From Thermoplasmata archaeon (GTDB taxonomy: Archaea > Thermoplasmatota > Thermoplasmata > Halarchaeoplasmatales > Halarchaeoplasmataceae), in NCBI GenBank assembly GCA_003552585.1, contig PUNK01000010.1, positions 43,909 to 107,908 on the forward strand: a DNA stretch of 64,000 nt. Direction: 5' to 3'. This document shows, piece by piece, positions 1 to 9,633 of this stretch. The notes under the pieces are model-generated. The model saw only the letters and a list, made by a program, of their open reading frames with translations, did no database searches and was not told the DNA's origin. A program made the position numbers and the translations under genes. How positions within the stretch are numbered: the stretch's first letter is position 1; each line of letters opens with the position of its first letter.

Positions 1-3000
1 CCACTTCAACGAATTTCTCCATCGTAGCGCTTTCCGGGTCATCCTCGTCAGGATGGAGTGCGGTAACATTGAATACGTAATCTCCTGCCTGAGATGGAGT
101 CCAATCCTCGAAGAAAACTGTTTTTGTTTCATCGAGATCCAAATCCACCTCTATTTCATCAACGTAATCTACGTGTCTCTCACCAAGGATCACATCGTTG
201 ACATACCATCCATTTAATTCCAAAGTAGAACCGTAATACTCGAATATCACTTGTGTGCCTGGTCCGAGATGGTCAGTTATGTCTATCTCATAATGATTCG
301 GAGGTAAACTTGAAGAAACTGGATTATCCCAAGGAGTTACATCAATCCAACTTTCATCCGGATCAGATCTTACCTGAACCATTGCTGTAAGGTCATCCTG
401 ATTATGGTCTAAGTAAGAATAGAATTCCAAGGTAAGTTCTTCCACCTCTGTGGTATCAACAGCTGGGCTCTTGAGATAGGAATAATCATCGGTAACATCG
501 AACCAATGCAAATAAGCCTCTGGTGGAGTTCCTCCAGCATCATTTGAATCTGATTGAGTCCAATCATCAGTTTCCCAACCTTCCGGTGGGAAATCCCCTG
601 AGAAGTCTTCAATAAATCCATCTACATATTCTGCAGTAGCTTCCACGGGAACATCCATAACATCAAAATCACCATAATTTGTGATCTCTGCTTGTACCGT
701 CTGAGTTTCTTCCCAGACTTCGTGTTCCGGTGAGATTATGTCATCTACTCCAATATTTGCCTCAGGAGCTCTTACATAAATTGTCTCGATTTGATAGTCG
801 TTGTCCGGATCCTCATCACCTTCTAAATCAGTTGTGATTGTTAATTCATATTCTCCTACATCACTTGGATCCCAGCTTTCGAAACTTGCTTCAATCGTTC
901 GCTGTGCATCAACATCTATAGTAATTTCGTCTTCATATTCCTCATCTACACTAGTGACCGAAATTTCGTAAATTTCCCAGTAATCAGATGCAGAGAACGA
1001 TTCATGTGACTCAGTTTCGAAAACAAATGCAATCTGTACTTCTTCTTCACCGTCTGCATAATCAGATATGTCGTATTCCATTTCACCTGCATCATCCGTA
1101 TAATTATCTATTTCGTCCCAAGTATCACCGCTATCTGTTGATATCAAAATTTCTCCATACGGTTCGCCATAAAAACCATCGTTAAAGTCTTGATCTAGAT
1201 AAAGGGTTGTTTCTAGTGCATCCGATGCATTGAACACAGGACTGATCAGCCATTCTTCCTGATCTAGATACTCATCATCTTCGACTAAAGCCATGCCTTC
1301 GTCAGCCCAATCGTCCCAACCGTGTTTCCAGGTTTCATCACTACTGCTTTCGATTGTCCATTCATCAGGAATTTGGTGATGGAAGTCCTCCTCTATAAGA
1401 TAGAGAATTTTAAGCATTTCTGCATATACTGGGACATCTTCCTCATCGAATGTTCCAAAGTTCTCTATTTCTGCCTCTACATCGTGTGTCTCATCTATCA
1501 TAACATTTCCTACTGGTGATAATATCTCTGAAACTCCTACATCATGAATATCAGTGACGATAATGTATTGTGATTCTGCATCGTTGCCAGGAATTTCGTC
1601 ATCTTCAAGATCAGTTGTTGAATACATGAAATATGTGCCTGTTTCATCAGGTTCCCAGTCTTCGAACTCAACTAAAACGCTTTGCTGAGCATCTACATCC
1701 ACAGTTGTTTCATCATAGTAAACTTCTTCCATGTAACCAATTGTTACCTCGTATATTTCCCAGTCATCCCAATCTCCATTATCAGGATCGTCTGTTGAAT
1801 CCCATTGGAAAGCAACTTGTACGTCTTCTTCACCATCTGCATAATCAGATATGTCGTATTCGTAAAGACCCGATGCCGATTCCTCAGGAATCCATTCATC
1901 TAATAATTCCCAAGTGTCTCCACCGTCATTACTGACATGGACTCGTCCCCAGGAGTCACCACTGAAACCACTAGTATAGAAATCATGATCAATCTGTAAT
2001 GAAGCATGGGCTGCATCGGTCATGTCTAAACTCGGACTAATGAGCCATTCGTCCTGATCGATCCCAGCCACACCATCAACATATGCCATATCGATAGAAT
2101 GATGCCATGTTGCAGGTTCTTCAGTTGTATTGTCTATGGTCCAATCATCAGGTATTTCCTCTTCGAAATCCTCATACAAAGCAATGGCATCTTCATTGAT
2201 AGTTGTTATGACTGGCACATCTGTTTGGTCTAATGTTCCATAGTTTTTAACTAAACTTTCAATAGGATGAGCATCGACACTGTTTACCATCTCTGGTGGC
2301 TCAACAATCTCGTCTACACCAACATCTATTAAGTCAGTTACCAGTATAGTCCTTTGCTTGTAATCGTTGGTCGGGTCTTCATCTCCATCTAGATCGGTTG
2401 TAGCATTCATGAAGTAACCGCCTTCTTCTCCCGGAGTCCAATCATCTAGAGTGACCGTGATTTCTTCACCAGAAGCAATATCGATGGCAGTATCATCTTC
2501 GAAAACAACATCTCCACCAGTCATTTGAATATTATCAATTCTCCAGCCTTCTCTGTTTCCTATAAAATCATCGATACCAGCGGTCCACCTTAAGTGTATA
2601 GTTTCTCCAGCATAATCGTTCAAATCAAAAGTGGCAGTTTCCCACTCTCTCAATTGATAACCCCAGCCTTCTTCACCACCGATTGGGTTGTTGTTATCCT
2701 CATAGATAACACCATCGTAACCTTCTTCAGGGTGGATAAGATCCCATGGGCCATCATCTCCTTCGGTAGAGATCCTTAGGTTACCACCGTCTCTTATAGT
2801 CTCATCCCAATCATAAAATTCTCTCCAATGATCAAATGTTAAAATGATATCCGTATCATCATCGTCGGTTAATTCTATCTCAGGAGAAATCAACCAGCTC
2901 ATATATGGATCAGAGCCGTAATCTCCGTCTCCAAAGTCCCAAGAATATTCTCCGATAGTTGAACCATGTGATCTCATAGCCCAATCTACACCATAATCTT

Positions 3001-3190
3001 CAGAAACATCGTCAGTATATCCTTTGTCCATCCTCACATCATCATAGAAGGCCATCTCTTCTATAGTCGCTTCAACCGGCACGTCAGTTTGATCTTCTTC
3101 ACCGAAATTGTATACTGTTATCTCAACGTTTTGTATATCTGTATTTACCATCTCATCAGGAGAGATTATTTCTATAACACCTACATCATT
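1..3190 (-). repeat. About four tandem 260-280-aa modules (CARDB-like Ig domain with an inserted jelly-roll/cleaved-adhesin-like domain) inside the S8 protease
   Basis: Recurring motifs D(V/I)GVxEIxSP, N(F/Y)G..D..DVPV, WLISP and TTDL..DE.P.ND. Near-identical DNA TCTTCTTCACC(G/A)TCTGCATAATCAGATATGTCGTATTC occurs at about 1041-1078 and 1824-1861. Boundaries are approximate. Confidence 0.75.
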
Positions 3191-6055
3191 ATCCAAATCT
3201 TGTAAAATTCTATCGTTATTCTCTCGAGTTTTATCTAAAGATTCTTCTTCTGTTCGTGCGTCTGTCTCTTCATCGTTCTCCAAATCATCAGGATGTCCTG
3301 GATCTGCATCCCAGTACCACGCAATTATCTCGCCATCATGTTCTACGTAGAGAGCTTCATCTTCGTTCTCATCTTCAGTAAGTTGAACAGTACCAAAGAA
3401 GAAACCTAGATTATCCTCATCTTCTATCAATTCAACCGTCATGTTCTCAAGCTCGTTACCATCGGCATCCATGCTTGCAACATTTATTTCATGTGTTCCT
3501 TCTCCTTCAAGGATTATATCTGTCAATGTGATATTCACTAAGTCGTTTCCTGCGTATTCTTCTCTTTCAATCTCTATAACACCTTCTTTGTCTGGTGTAA
3601 CGATATCTATAATATCGTCAGGAACGTTATAGGCTGTAAGAGCATAATCCTGATTCGCATCACCGTCATTGTTGGCATCTTCAGGTACATCTGTACCTAT
3701 GACCCTTACAATGTAATTTCCCGATTCAATGTCATCAGGATGAATAAAGACATTTTGGAGGTTGTTCACATCGTCCCAACCATCTCCGTTATAATCAAAA
3801 TCGGTCATTGCATCAGTATTGGGATAACTGAATCCACTATCGCTCATCCCGTCACCGCTATTATCAAAAGCATTACCGCGATAGATATCACCGCTTGGTG
3901 CTTCGACTTCCAGGTCAAGATTGTTCTTCAGTGTCGGAGTTCCACCAGTACTATCACCATCCATTGCATGTTCATCTGTATAAGACAATGTTATTTTCAA
4001 GGGTTCATCCTCATTTACAGGACTAATTTCATACTCTTCTACGTCACCTGTTTCAATCAAAACTTCTTGATCCTCTAATTGGAAACCCATTGGCTCATCA
4101 AGAGGATACACCAGTTTAGATATATCGGGCACACCCCAACCTTCATCCTGATTAGGTACATGACCCCTAGTGTCTCCAACTTCAGGATCCAATTCATTTG
4201 CAGTGTTTACCAATATCGATTTTACCATAGCAGGACTAGGTTTTTCGTCGTATCTCTCTTCGTACCATTCAACAATTATCGTTGCGGCACCGGCTACAAG
4301 AGGATTACCGAATGAAGTTCCACTAGCCGCTATGTATGTATCAGGTTCATCTAGAGGTGTATTCTGTGAAATCACACTCTCGGAGGGTGCGATCACATCG
4401 GGCTTGATACGATTGTCTTCCGTCCAACCTCTAGAGCTCCCATCGAACATGTTTTCAGGATTTTCATAGCCCAAACCAGGGTTGTATGGTTGATTACCAC
4501 CGATGGTTATCACGTTCTTGGCGTTAGCAGGACTGCCTATCTCCTGTTCATAACCTCCTCTTCCACCATCGTTACCTGCAGATGTTGTTATCACCATCGG
4601 ACGATTCTCGTCGGTATCTCTATCTGCATCTCTAACTGCCTGGTCAAAAATTTCGTCAGAGTCACTATAAGACCCCATCGTTCCTGCACCCCAAGAGTTA
4701 CTGTGGATATAGGCATCAGATTCTTGTGCAGGTATCTCGACTATCGGATAGTATTCTGTAGGCATGAAGCCTCCTGCATCATCGAAAATCTTGGTAGCAA
4801 ATATTTCTGATTCATAAGCTAATCCCTGTCCCATATAATAGTCCATGTCTCCATCTTCGAAATCGGACCATATAGCTCCAGTGCCGTCATGCGTATCCCC
4901 GACAATCAAACCAGTACACGCTGTTCCGTGATAGTGACCATCGGCCCAGTTGGTTTCATCGGCACCGAAGCCGTATCCTCCTATTACTCTACCTGTGAAG
5001 TCTGAAACGCCTGCATCCCCGACAGTTCCATCGCCTACTCCTGTATCTGCAGTGGTTATTGTTACTCCATCTCCAGAGTACCCTAATTGGTTTATATATG
5101 CACCGTAATCACCGTGTAGTCTGTAAGGTTCTTGAGGATCTCCTTCTCTGGGAGGAGGAGTTAAATCGTCCCTTGTATCATATTCATCATCCATGAACCA
5201 TTGACCACCTCCTATCAACTGTATGTCCATCTCAGCGTGGAGTTCCGGTTCAACATACGGGGAAATGAAGTAAACATCGTTCATCATCGCCAGGTCCTCG
5301 AGCTCACTCTCAGACTCAACGTCTAGTACGAGCCTCATACCGTTTTCACGAAGATCTTCAGCAGCTACCACATCAAAATCGGACTCTATAAGGGCCATAT
5401 TATCTATATCAAACCCTGGTCTCAGTTTAACATTGATGGGCATATCCATATCTAAGGCCTCGTCCAACCGGGAATGCAACTTGTATTCGGGCTGGTATAT
5501 CCCGACCCAATCGACGAAGAAGAAATCTTCTACCTCATCGGCAAGCTCAGGAGTCGTCACTACTTCATAGGCATAGTTCGGCACGTAGTTGATTATCTCT
5601 ACTCCTGCCTCTTCTAAATTACTTCTCCATTCGGGATTGACCGGACCCAGCATGTGGACTATGTAAATACCCTCTTCGCCTTCTCCATAAGCTTCTATCT
5701 GAAGATCAGGATCCAGTTCCGGTTCGCCTTCAGTTATATCTATATGATGTCCTTTTACAGATATCTCTGTTCGACCAGGAAGGGTATTGACCCGTAGTCC
5801 TTTTTGTTCCAGTATAGGGATAGTCTCTTCTTCCACCTCTATTAGAACATTGCTGCCGTAAGTATCGAGTACCTTCAGGTCCATCTGTTCCATCAATTGT
5901 ATTTCTTCTGTATCAGCACGTTCGATTAGTACTATATCGCCTTCAAAATCATCAGGTAAAAAAGCACCTGCTGCTACGGCGAATACTGACATCACCAGTA
6001 CCAGTGCACAGAAAAATACTAAAAATCGTTCTAATTTGCTTTTCTTTTCTTTCAT
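1..6055 (-). CDS. Giant secreted S8 (subtilisin, KP-43-like) protease with tandem CARDB/jelly-roll modules; 3' end lies outside the window (>2018 aa)
   Basis: Not in the ORF track because it has no stop in the window. Manual minus-strand translation from ATG at 6055 gives MKEKKSKLERFLVFFCALVLVMSVFAVAAG (signal peptide), then catalytic motifs ADTG, HGTAC, SAGN and GTSFGNP, then very acidic repeated beta-domains. The frame stays open to position 2. Confidence 0.92.
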   Translation of the reverse strand, partial: MKEKKSKLERFLVFFCALVLVMSVFAVAAGAFLPDDFEGDIVLIERADTEEIQLMEQMDLKVLDTYGSNVLIEVEEETIPILEQKGLRVNTLPGRTEISVKGHHIDITEGEPELDPDLQIEAYGEGEEGIYIVHMLGPVNPEWRSNLEEAGVEIINYVPNYAYEVVTTPELADEVEDFFFVDWVGIYQPEYKLHSRLDEALDMDMPINVKLRPGFDIDNMALIESDFDVVAAEDLRENGMRLVLDVESESELEDLAMMNDVYFISPYVEPELHAEMDIQLIGGGQWFMDDEYDTRDDLTPPPREGDPQEPYRLHGDYGAYINQLGYSGDGVTITTADTGVGDGTVGDAGVSDFTGRVIGGYGFGADETNWADGHYHGTACTGLIVGDTHDGTGAIWSDFEDGDMDYYMGQGLAYESEIFATKIFDDAGGFMPTEYYPIVEIPAQESDAYIHSNSWGAGTMGSYSDSDEIFDQAVRDADRDTDENRPMVITTSAGNDGGRGGYEQEIGSPANAKNVITIGGNQPYNPGLGYENPENMFDGSSRGWTEDNRIKPDVIAPSESVISQNTPLDEPDTYIAASGTSFGNPLVAGAATIIVEWYEERYDEKPSPAMVKSILVNTANELDPEVGDTRGHVPNQDEGWGVPDISKLVYPLDEPMGFQLEDQEVLIETGDVEEYEISPVNEDEPLKITLSYTDEHAMDGDSTGGTPTLKNNLDLEVEAPSGDIYRGNAFDNSGDGMSDSGFSYPNTDAMTDFDYNGDGWDDVNNLQNVFIHPDDIESGNYIVRVIGTDVPEDANNDGDANQDYALTAYNVPDDIIDIVTPDKEGVIEIEREEYAGNDLVNITLTDIILEGEGTHEINVASMDADGNELENMTVELIEDEDNLGFFFGTVQLTEDENEDEALYVEHDGEIIAWYWDADPGHPDDLENDEETDARTEEESLDKTRENNDRILQDLDNDVGVIEIISPDEMVNTDIQNVEITVYNFGEEDQTDVPVEATIEEMAFYDDVRMDKGYTDDVSEDYGVDWAMRSHGSTIGEYSWDFGDGDYGSDPYMSWLISPEIELTDDDDTDIILTFDHWREFYDWDETIRDGGNLRISTEGDDGPWDLIHPEEGYDGVIYEDNNNPIGGEEGWGYQLREWETATFDLNDYAGETIHLRWTAGIDDFIGNREGWRIDNIQMTGGDVVFEDDTAIDIASGEEITVTLDDWTPGEEGGYFMNATTDLDGDEDPTNDYKQRTILVTDLIDVGVDEIVEPPEMVNSVDAHPIESLVKNYGTLDQTDVPVITTINEDAIALYEDFEEEIPDDWTIDNTTEEPATWHHSIDMAYVDGVAGIDQDEWLISPSLDMTDAAHASLQIDHDFYTSGFSGDSWGRVHVSNDGGDTWELLDEWIPEESASGLYEYDISDYADGEEDVQVAFQWDSTDDPDNGDWDDWEIYEVTIGYMEEVYYDETTVDVDAQQSVLVEFEDWEPDETGTYFMYSTTDLEDDEIPGNDAESQYIIVTDIHDVGVSEILSPVGNVMIDETHDVEAEIENFGTFDEEDVPVYAEMLKILYLIEEDFHHQIPDEWTIESSSDETWKHGWDDWADEGMALVEDDEYLDQEEWLISPVFNASDALETTLYLDQDFNDGFYGEPYGEILISTDSGDTWDEIDNYTDDAGEMEYDISDYADGEEEVQIAFVFETESHESFSASDYWEIYEISVTSVDEEYEDEITIDVDAQRTIEASFESWDPSDVGEYELTITTDLEGDEDPDNDYQIETIYVRAPEANIGVDDIISPEHEVWEETQTVQAEITNYGDFDVMDVPVEATAEYVDGFIEDFSGDFPPEGWETDDWTQSDSNDAGGTPPEAYLHWFDVTDDYSYLKSPAVDTTEVEELTLEFYSYLDHNQDDLTAMVQVRSDPDESWIDVTPWDNPVSSSLPPNHYEIDITDHLGPGTQVIFEYYGSTLELNGWYVNDVILGERHVDYVDEIEVDLDLDETKTVFFEDWTPSQAGDYVFNVTALHPDEDDPESATMEKFVEV

Positions 6056-6327
6056 ATTTTCACATCATCTTTGCACGTGTTTTTATATCCTAATATACAA
6101 TTTACATATGGATTTGCCTTACTCCAGCTAAAGGATTTAGATGTTATTAGTGGTCTAAACAGTCTTTGAAGTTCTAGTTCTATTGGCGAAAAATCTTTTG
6201 ATGTTTTAGGCAAATCCATTTTCTTCTCTATACGACGATTGAGTGATTATCGATATATATATTAGGTACACATGTGTGCTTTTTTAAGGGTAAAATATAA
6301 GGCATTGAAGTTCCTTTGATTAACCTC

Positions 6328-9300
6328 ATGAAATCGGCCGTGGCAGATAGGATACTAATCCATCTAAGTAATTATTCCCACCACTCGATAAGGAAAATGG
6401 TTCCACGAGAGGTCTCTCAGAAAGGTATAGCAGATTCGATTAATAGAAGTAGAAGTTATGTTAGTAGAGTGATAAGGCAATTGATGAACAAAGGTTTAGT
6501 CAAAGAGAAATTAAAATACCTAAAAGAAAATCAAAAAAGAAAAAGAAAGGTATATTTCCTGACAAAAGAGGGTATAAAAAAGGAGAAGCAATTACGGGAA
6601 CATCTTTTGTCAGAAGAAGTTAAAGTTCGTACTAAAAAGGGTGTAAAACAAATTCAGATATGCGACCTAGATGATTATGTGAACGCAAAAGATATTCTAC
6701 TTTTTGCAATACTAAATATCGATAAATTTGACGAAATAGATCTAAGAAACTTTGAAGGTCCAGCTAAGCCTGACTTTATCAATAGGCAAGCTGAGATTGA
6801 GAAACTTCAAAAAAAATTAGATCAGGTTAAAGAAAATGGATGTTCTGTTATATTTGTGGTAGGAAAAGCAGGAATAGGTAAAACCTCCCTTACTATGGAA
6901 CTAAAAAAATACTCGAAAGAAAATAACTTCAAATTCCTTCATGGTAAAGGTTACTTTGAGACTACTGATCCCTACACCCCTCTGAAAACCGCCTTCGAGG
7001 AGTATAGTGATGATTATGACGGAGGGATCACTTTTTCCATATTTGATAAGAGTATGGAAGGTGAAAAAAGCCATAAAAAGAGGAAGTTTAACAATCATTT
7101 TTTGTTCTTTGACTTCATGGACGAATTGAAAAAATTCTCGGAGATTCAACCACTTGTAATATTCCTCGATGATCTGCATTGGTCCGATTCTTCGACCCTT
7201 AGATTACTTTATTACCTTGTAGATAATCTTGAAGAGAATCCGGTATTATTTATAGGTGCTTATAGGTCAGGGGCTATCGATTCAAAACATCCCCTAAATG
7301 ATATTAGAAAAAGATTGTCCAGGATTAAAAAATACGATGAAATTGAACTTGAACCTCTTGGTTGGAAAGACACTAGAAAGATGGTACTCTCGATTCTGAA
7401 TTCACAACAAATTTCCTCAGAGGTGATAGATGTGATACATTCAATTACGGAAGGGAATCCTCTTTTTATAAAGGAGTTTACAGATTTGTTATTGGAAGAA
7501 GGGATATTACCAATACAGGGGGCAGACCATGAGATAAATAAAGAAAATTTAGATATCCCCCGTATTATCGATGATACTTTGCAAAGACAACTAGATATAA
7601 ATTTATCAAGAAAATCTAAAAACTTGGCTGAAATAGGTAGTGTAATTGGTGAAATCGTACCGTATGAGCTTCTTTTAAAATGCTCTGAGTTGAAAGAAAT
7701 GAAAGTGTTGAGTGCCATCAATGAACTAATTGAAAGTGAAATATGGGAGGAGGATTCTAAAGATAATAAATTCATCTTTGAACATAAATTGATGGTTAAA
7801 ATTATATATAAAGATATTCCGCATTTCAAAAAGAGAAAGCTGCATAGGATCGTAGGTGATCAGATAAAAGAGATCTATGCCAGCAATATTGAAGAGTATT
7901 ATTCGGATATTGCATATCATTACGATAGAGGTGAAAAAACAAAAGAGGCTGTTGAATATTACATCAAAGCCGGTGAAGAGGCTGAAAGACGTTTTGCACA
8001 CGAGAATGCAGTAAATTTATACGAAAAGGCATTGACCCTAGCTACTAATACTAAAAGGATCTATGTCTATAACAAATTAGGTAAAGCATATATGATCTCA
8101 GGGGATTTTAACCAAGCAAGTAAATATTTCAAAAATATTTTGGATGCTAAAAATTGCACTAAAAAATTAAAGCAAGAGGTAATAGCAGAAATGAGTGACA
8201 TTTATATAAAGCAAGGTAATTTTAAAGAGGCCATGGAGATTTCGGAAAAGGGAATGGATCTTATTGAGGAAGATAATTCATTAAAATGTAGGTTGCTACA
8301 TTCTAAAGGAATAATTAAAAAGAAGATAGGAGATTATAAAAAAGCTGAAGATTTTTTTAAAGAAGAAAGAAAGATTGCAGAAAAGATCGATGATCAAAAT
8401 GAAATCAGCAGAGCATTGCATGGTATAGGCACATTAAAAATCAATAAAGGTGAAAATGAAGAAGCTCTAAAATTTCTTAAGAAGTCTTTAAAGATTAGGA
8501 GGGGGATTGACAATAATAAAGGGATAAGCGATACTCTAAATAATATGGGTATTATCTTCAAAAGGATTGGAGATTATGAAAAAGCTTTGGAATGTTTCGA
8601 TGAAACATTAGAAATAGAAAAGAAAATCGATAATAAACAGGGCATGATAAAAGTATTAAATAACATAGGCATCATAAATAAAAACCTGGGTAATTTTGAG
8701 AAAGCTATTGAGTACTACCAACAAAGCCTTGACATCGGAAAAAAATTGGGGGACAACATTGGTATGGCTAAGATCAATGTAAATATAGGAAATATTTACG
8801 AAATAAGTGGACATTACGATGAAGCATTGAACTATTTCAACGAAGCCCTTGATATCGAAAAAGATATTGGTGACAAAGCAGGAATTGGAGCAGTATTAAA
8901 TAACATAGGATCTATTTATCACAAAAAGGGAGATCTCGAGAGAGCCCTAAAACACCATAAAAGGAGCATGGAGATAGGAAGAAAGCTGGGCCTTACTACA
9001 AATGTAGCTGGAAGTCTATATAACATAGGGACAATTTATCATGACCAAGGTGATTACGATAAAGCCTTCGACTATTTTAATGAAAGCTACAAAAAGGCCA
9101 AAGAGGTAGAAGAAAAAAGACTTATGATTTATATCAAAAACAGTTTAGCCGATACATGCTTAATGTTAAGGAGTACTGAAAAAGCATTGGAATATGCCAT
9201 GGGGGCAACTGATATAAGTGAGAAAATGGGGGCAAAAAGAGAATTGGGTATATCTTATAGAATACTCGGAAAAGTACATAGAGAGATAAGTGATTTTAAG

Positions 9301-9522
9301 AAAGCAAAAAAAGATTTTGATAAGGCAAAATCTATTTTGAGGGAGATTAACGATAAAGTTGAATTGTCAAAAGTTTTGTATGAAGAGGGAGTTCTTTTGT
9401 CAGAAATTAACAATCCTAAAGAAGCAAATAAATGTTTTAATGATGCAATGACACTTTTTAAAAAACATAACAAGGTTTCTTGGGTGGAAAAGTGTGTAGA
9501 ACAACTCGATAATCTGCCCTGA
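6328..9522 (+). CDS. Winged-HTH + STAND/AAA ATPase + TPR-repeat signal-transducing regulator
   Basis: N-terminal wHTH (SQKGIADSINRSRSYVSRVIRQL), Walker A GKAGIGKT, Walker B LVIFLDDLHW, STAND GNPLF motif, and more than 10 TPRs of about 40 aa (LNNMG/LNNIG). ATG at 6328 preferred to TTG at 6316. Confidence 0.88.
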   Translation: MKSAVADRILIHLSNYSHHSIRKMVPREVSQKGIADSINRSRSYVSRVIRQLMNKGLVKEKLKYLKENQKRKRKVYFLTKEGIKKEKQLREHLLSEEVKVRTKKGVKQIQICDLDDYVNAKDILLFAILNIDKFDEIDLRNFEGPAKPDFINRQAEIEKLQKKLDQVKENGCSVIFVVGKAGIGKTSLTMELKKYSKENNFKFLHGKGYFETTDPYTPLKTAFEEYSDDYDGGITFSIFDKSMEGEKSHKKRKFNNHFLFFDFMDELKKFSEIQPLVIFLDDLHWSDSSTLRLLYYLVDNLEENPVLFIGAYRSGAIDSKHPLNDIRKRLSRIKKYDEIELEPLGWKDTRKMVLSILNSQQISSEVIDVIHSITEGNPLFIKEFTDLLLEEGILPIQGADHEINKENLDIPRIIDDTLQRQLDINLSRKSKNLAEIGSVIGEIVPYELLLKCSELKEMKVLSAINELIESEIWEEDSKDNKFIFEHKLMVKIIYKDIPHFKKRKLHRIVGDQIKEIYASNIEEYYSDIAYHYDRGEKTKEAVEYYIKAGEEAERRFAHENAVNLYEKALTLATNTKRIYVYNKLGKAYMISGDFNQASKYFKNILDAKNCTKKLKQEVIAEMSDIYIKQGNFKEAMEISEKGMDLIEEDNSLKCRLLHSKGIIKKKIGDYKKAEDFFKEERKIAEKIDDQNEISRALHGIGTLKINKGENEEALKFLKKSLKIRRGIDNNKGISDTLNNMGIIFKRIGDYEKALECFDETLEIEKKIDNKQGMIKVLNNIGIINKNLGNFEKAIEYYQQSLDIGKKLGDNIGMAKINVNIGNIYEISGHYDEALNYFNEALDIEKDIGDKAGIGAVLNNIGSIYHKKGDLERALKHHKRSMEIGRKLGLTTNVAGSLYNIGTIYHDQGDYDKAFDYFNESYKKAKEVEEKRLMIYIKNSLADTCLMLRSTEKALEYAMGATDISEKMGAKRELGISYRILGKVHREISDFKKAKKDFDKAKSILREINDKVELSKVLYEEGVLLSEINNPKEANKCFNDAMTLFKKHNKVSWVEKCVEQLDNLP

Positions 9523-9523
9523 C

Positions 9524-9540
9524 TCTTTCATTTTTTAATT
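9524..9540 (+). terminator. U-rich archaeal terminator
   Basis: TCTTTCATTTTTTAATT directly after the stop codon of the STAND-TPR gene. Confidence 0.4.
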
Positions 9541-9633
9541 CTAAAATACCTTCAATTAAAATTTAAAGCATAAACTATATATGAGTATGGCTTTATTTCG
9601 TAATCGGTTTGGTTGATTTAGGAGGTAGGCCCG

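Noticed and set aside
409-4810. Many short ORFs listed in the track between 409 and 4810
   Set aside because: They are antisense or off-frame shadows of the single large minus-strand S8 protease ORF (6055 to <1).
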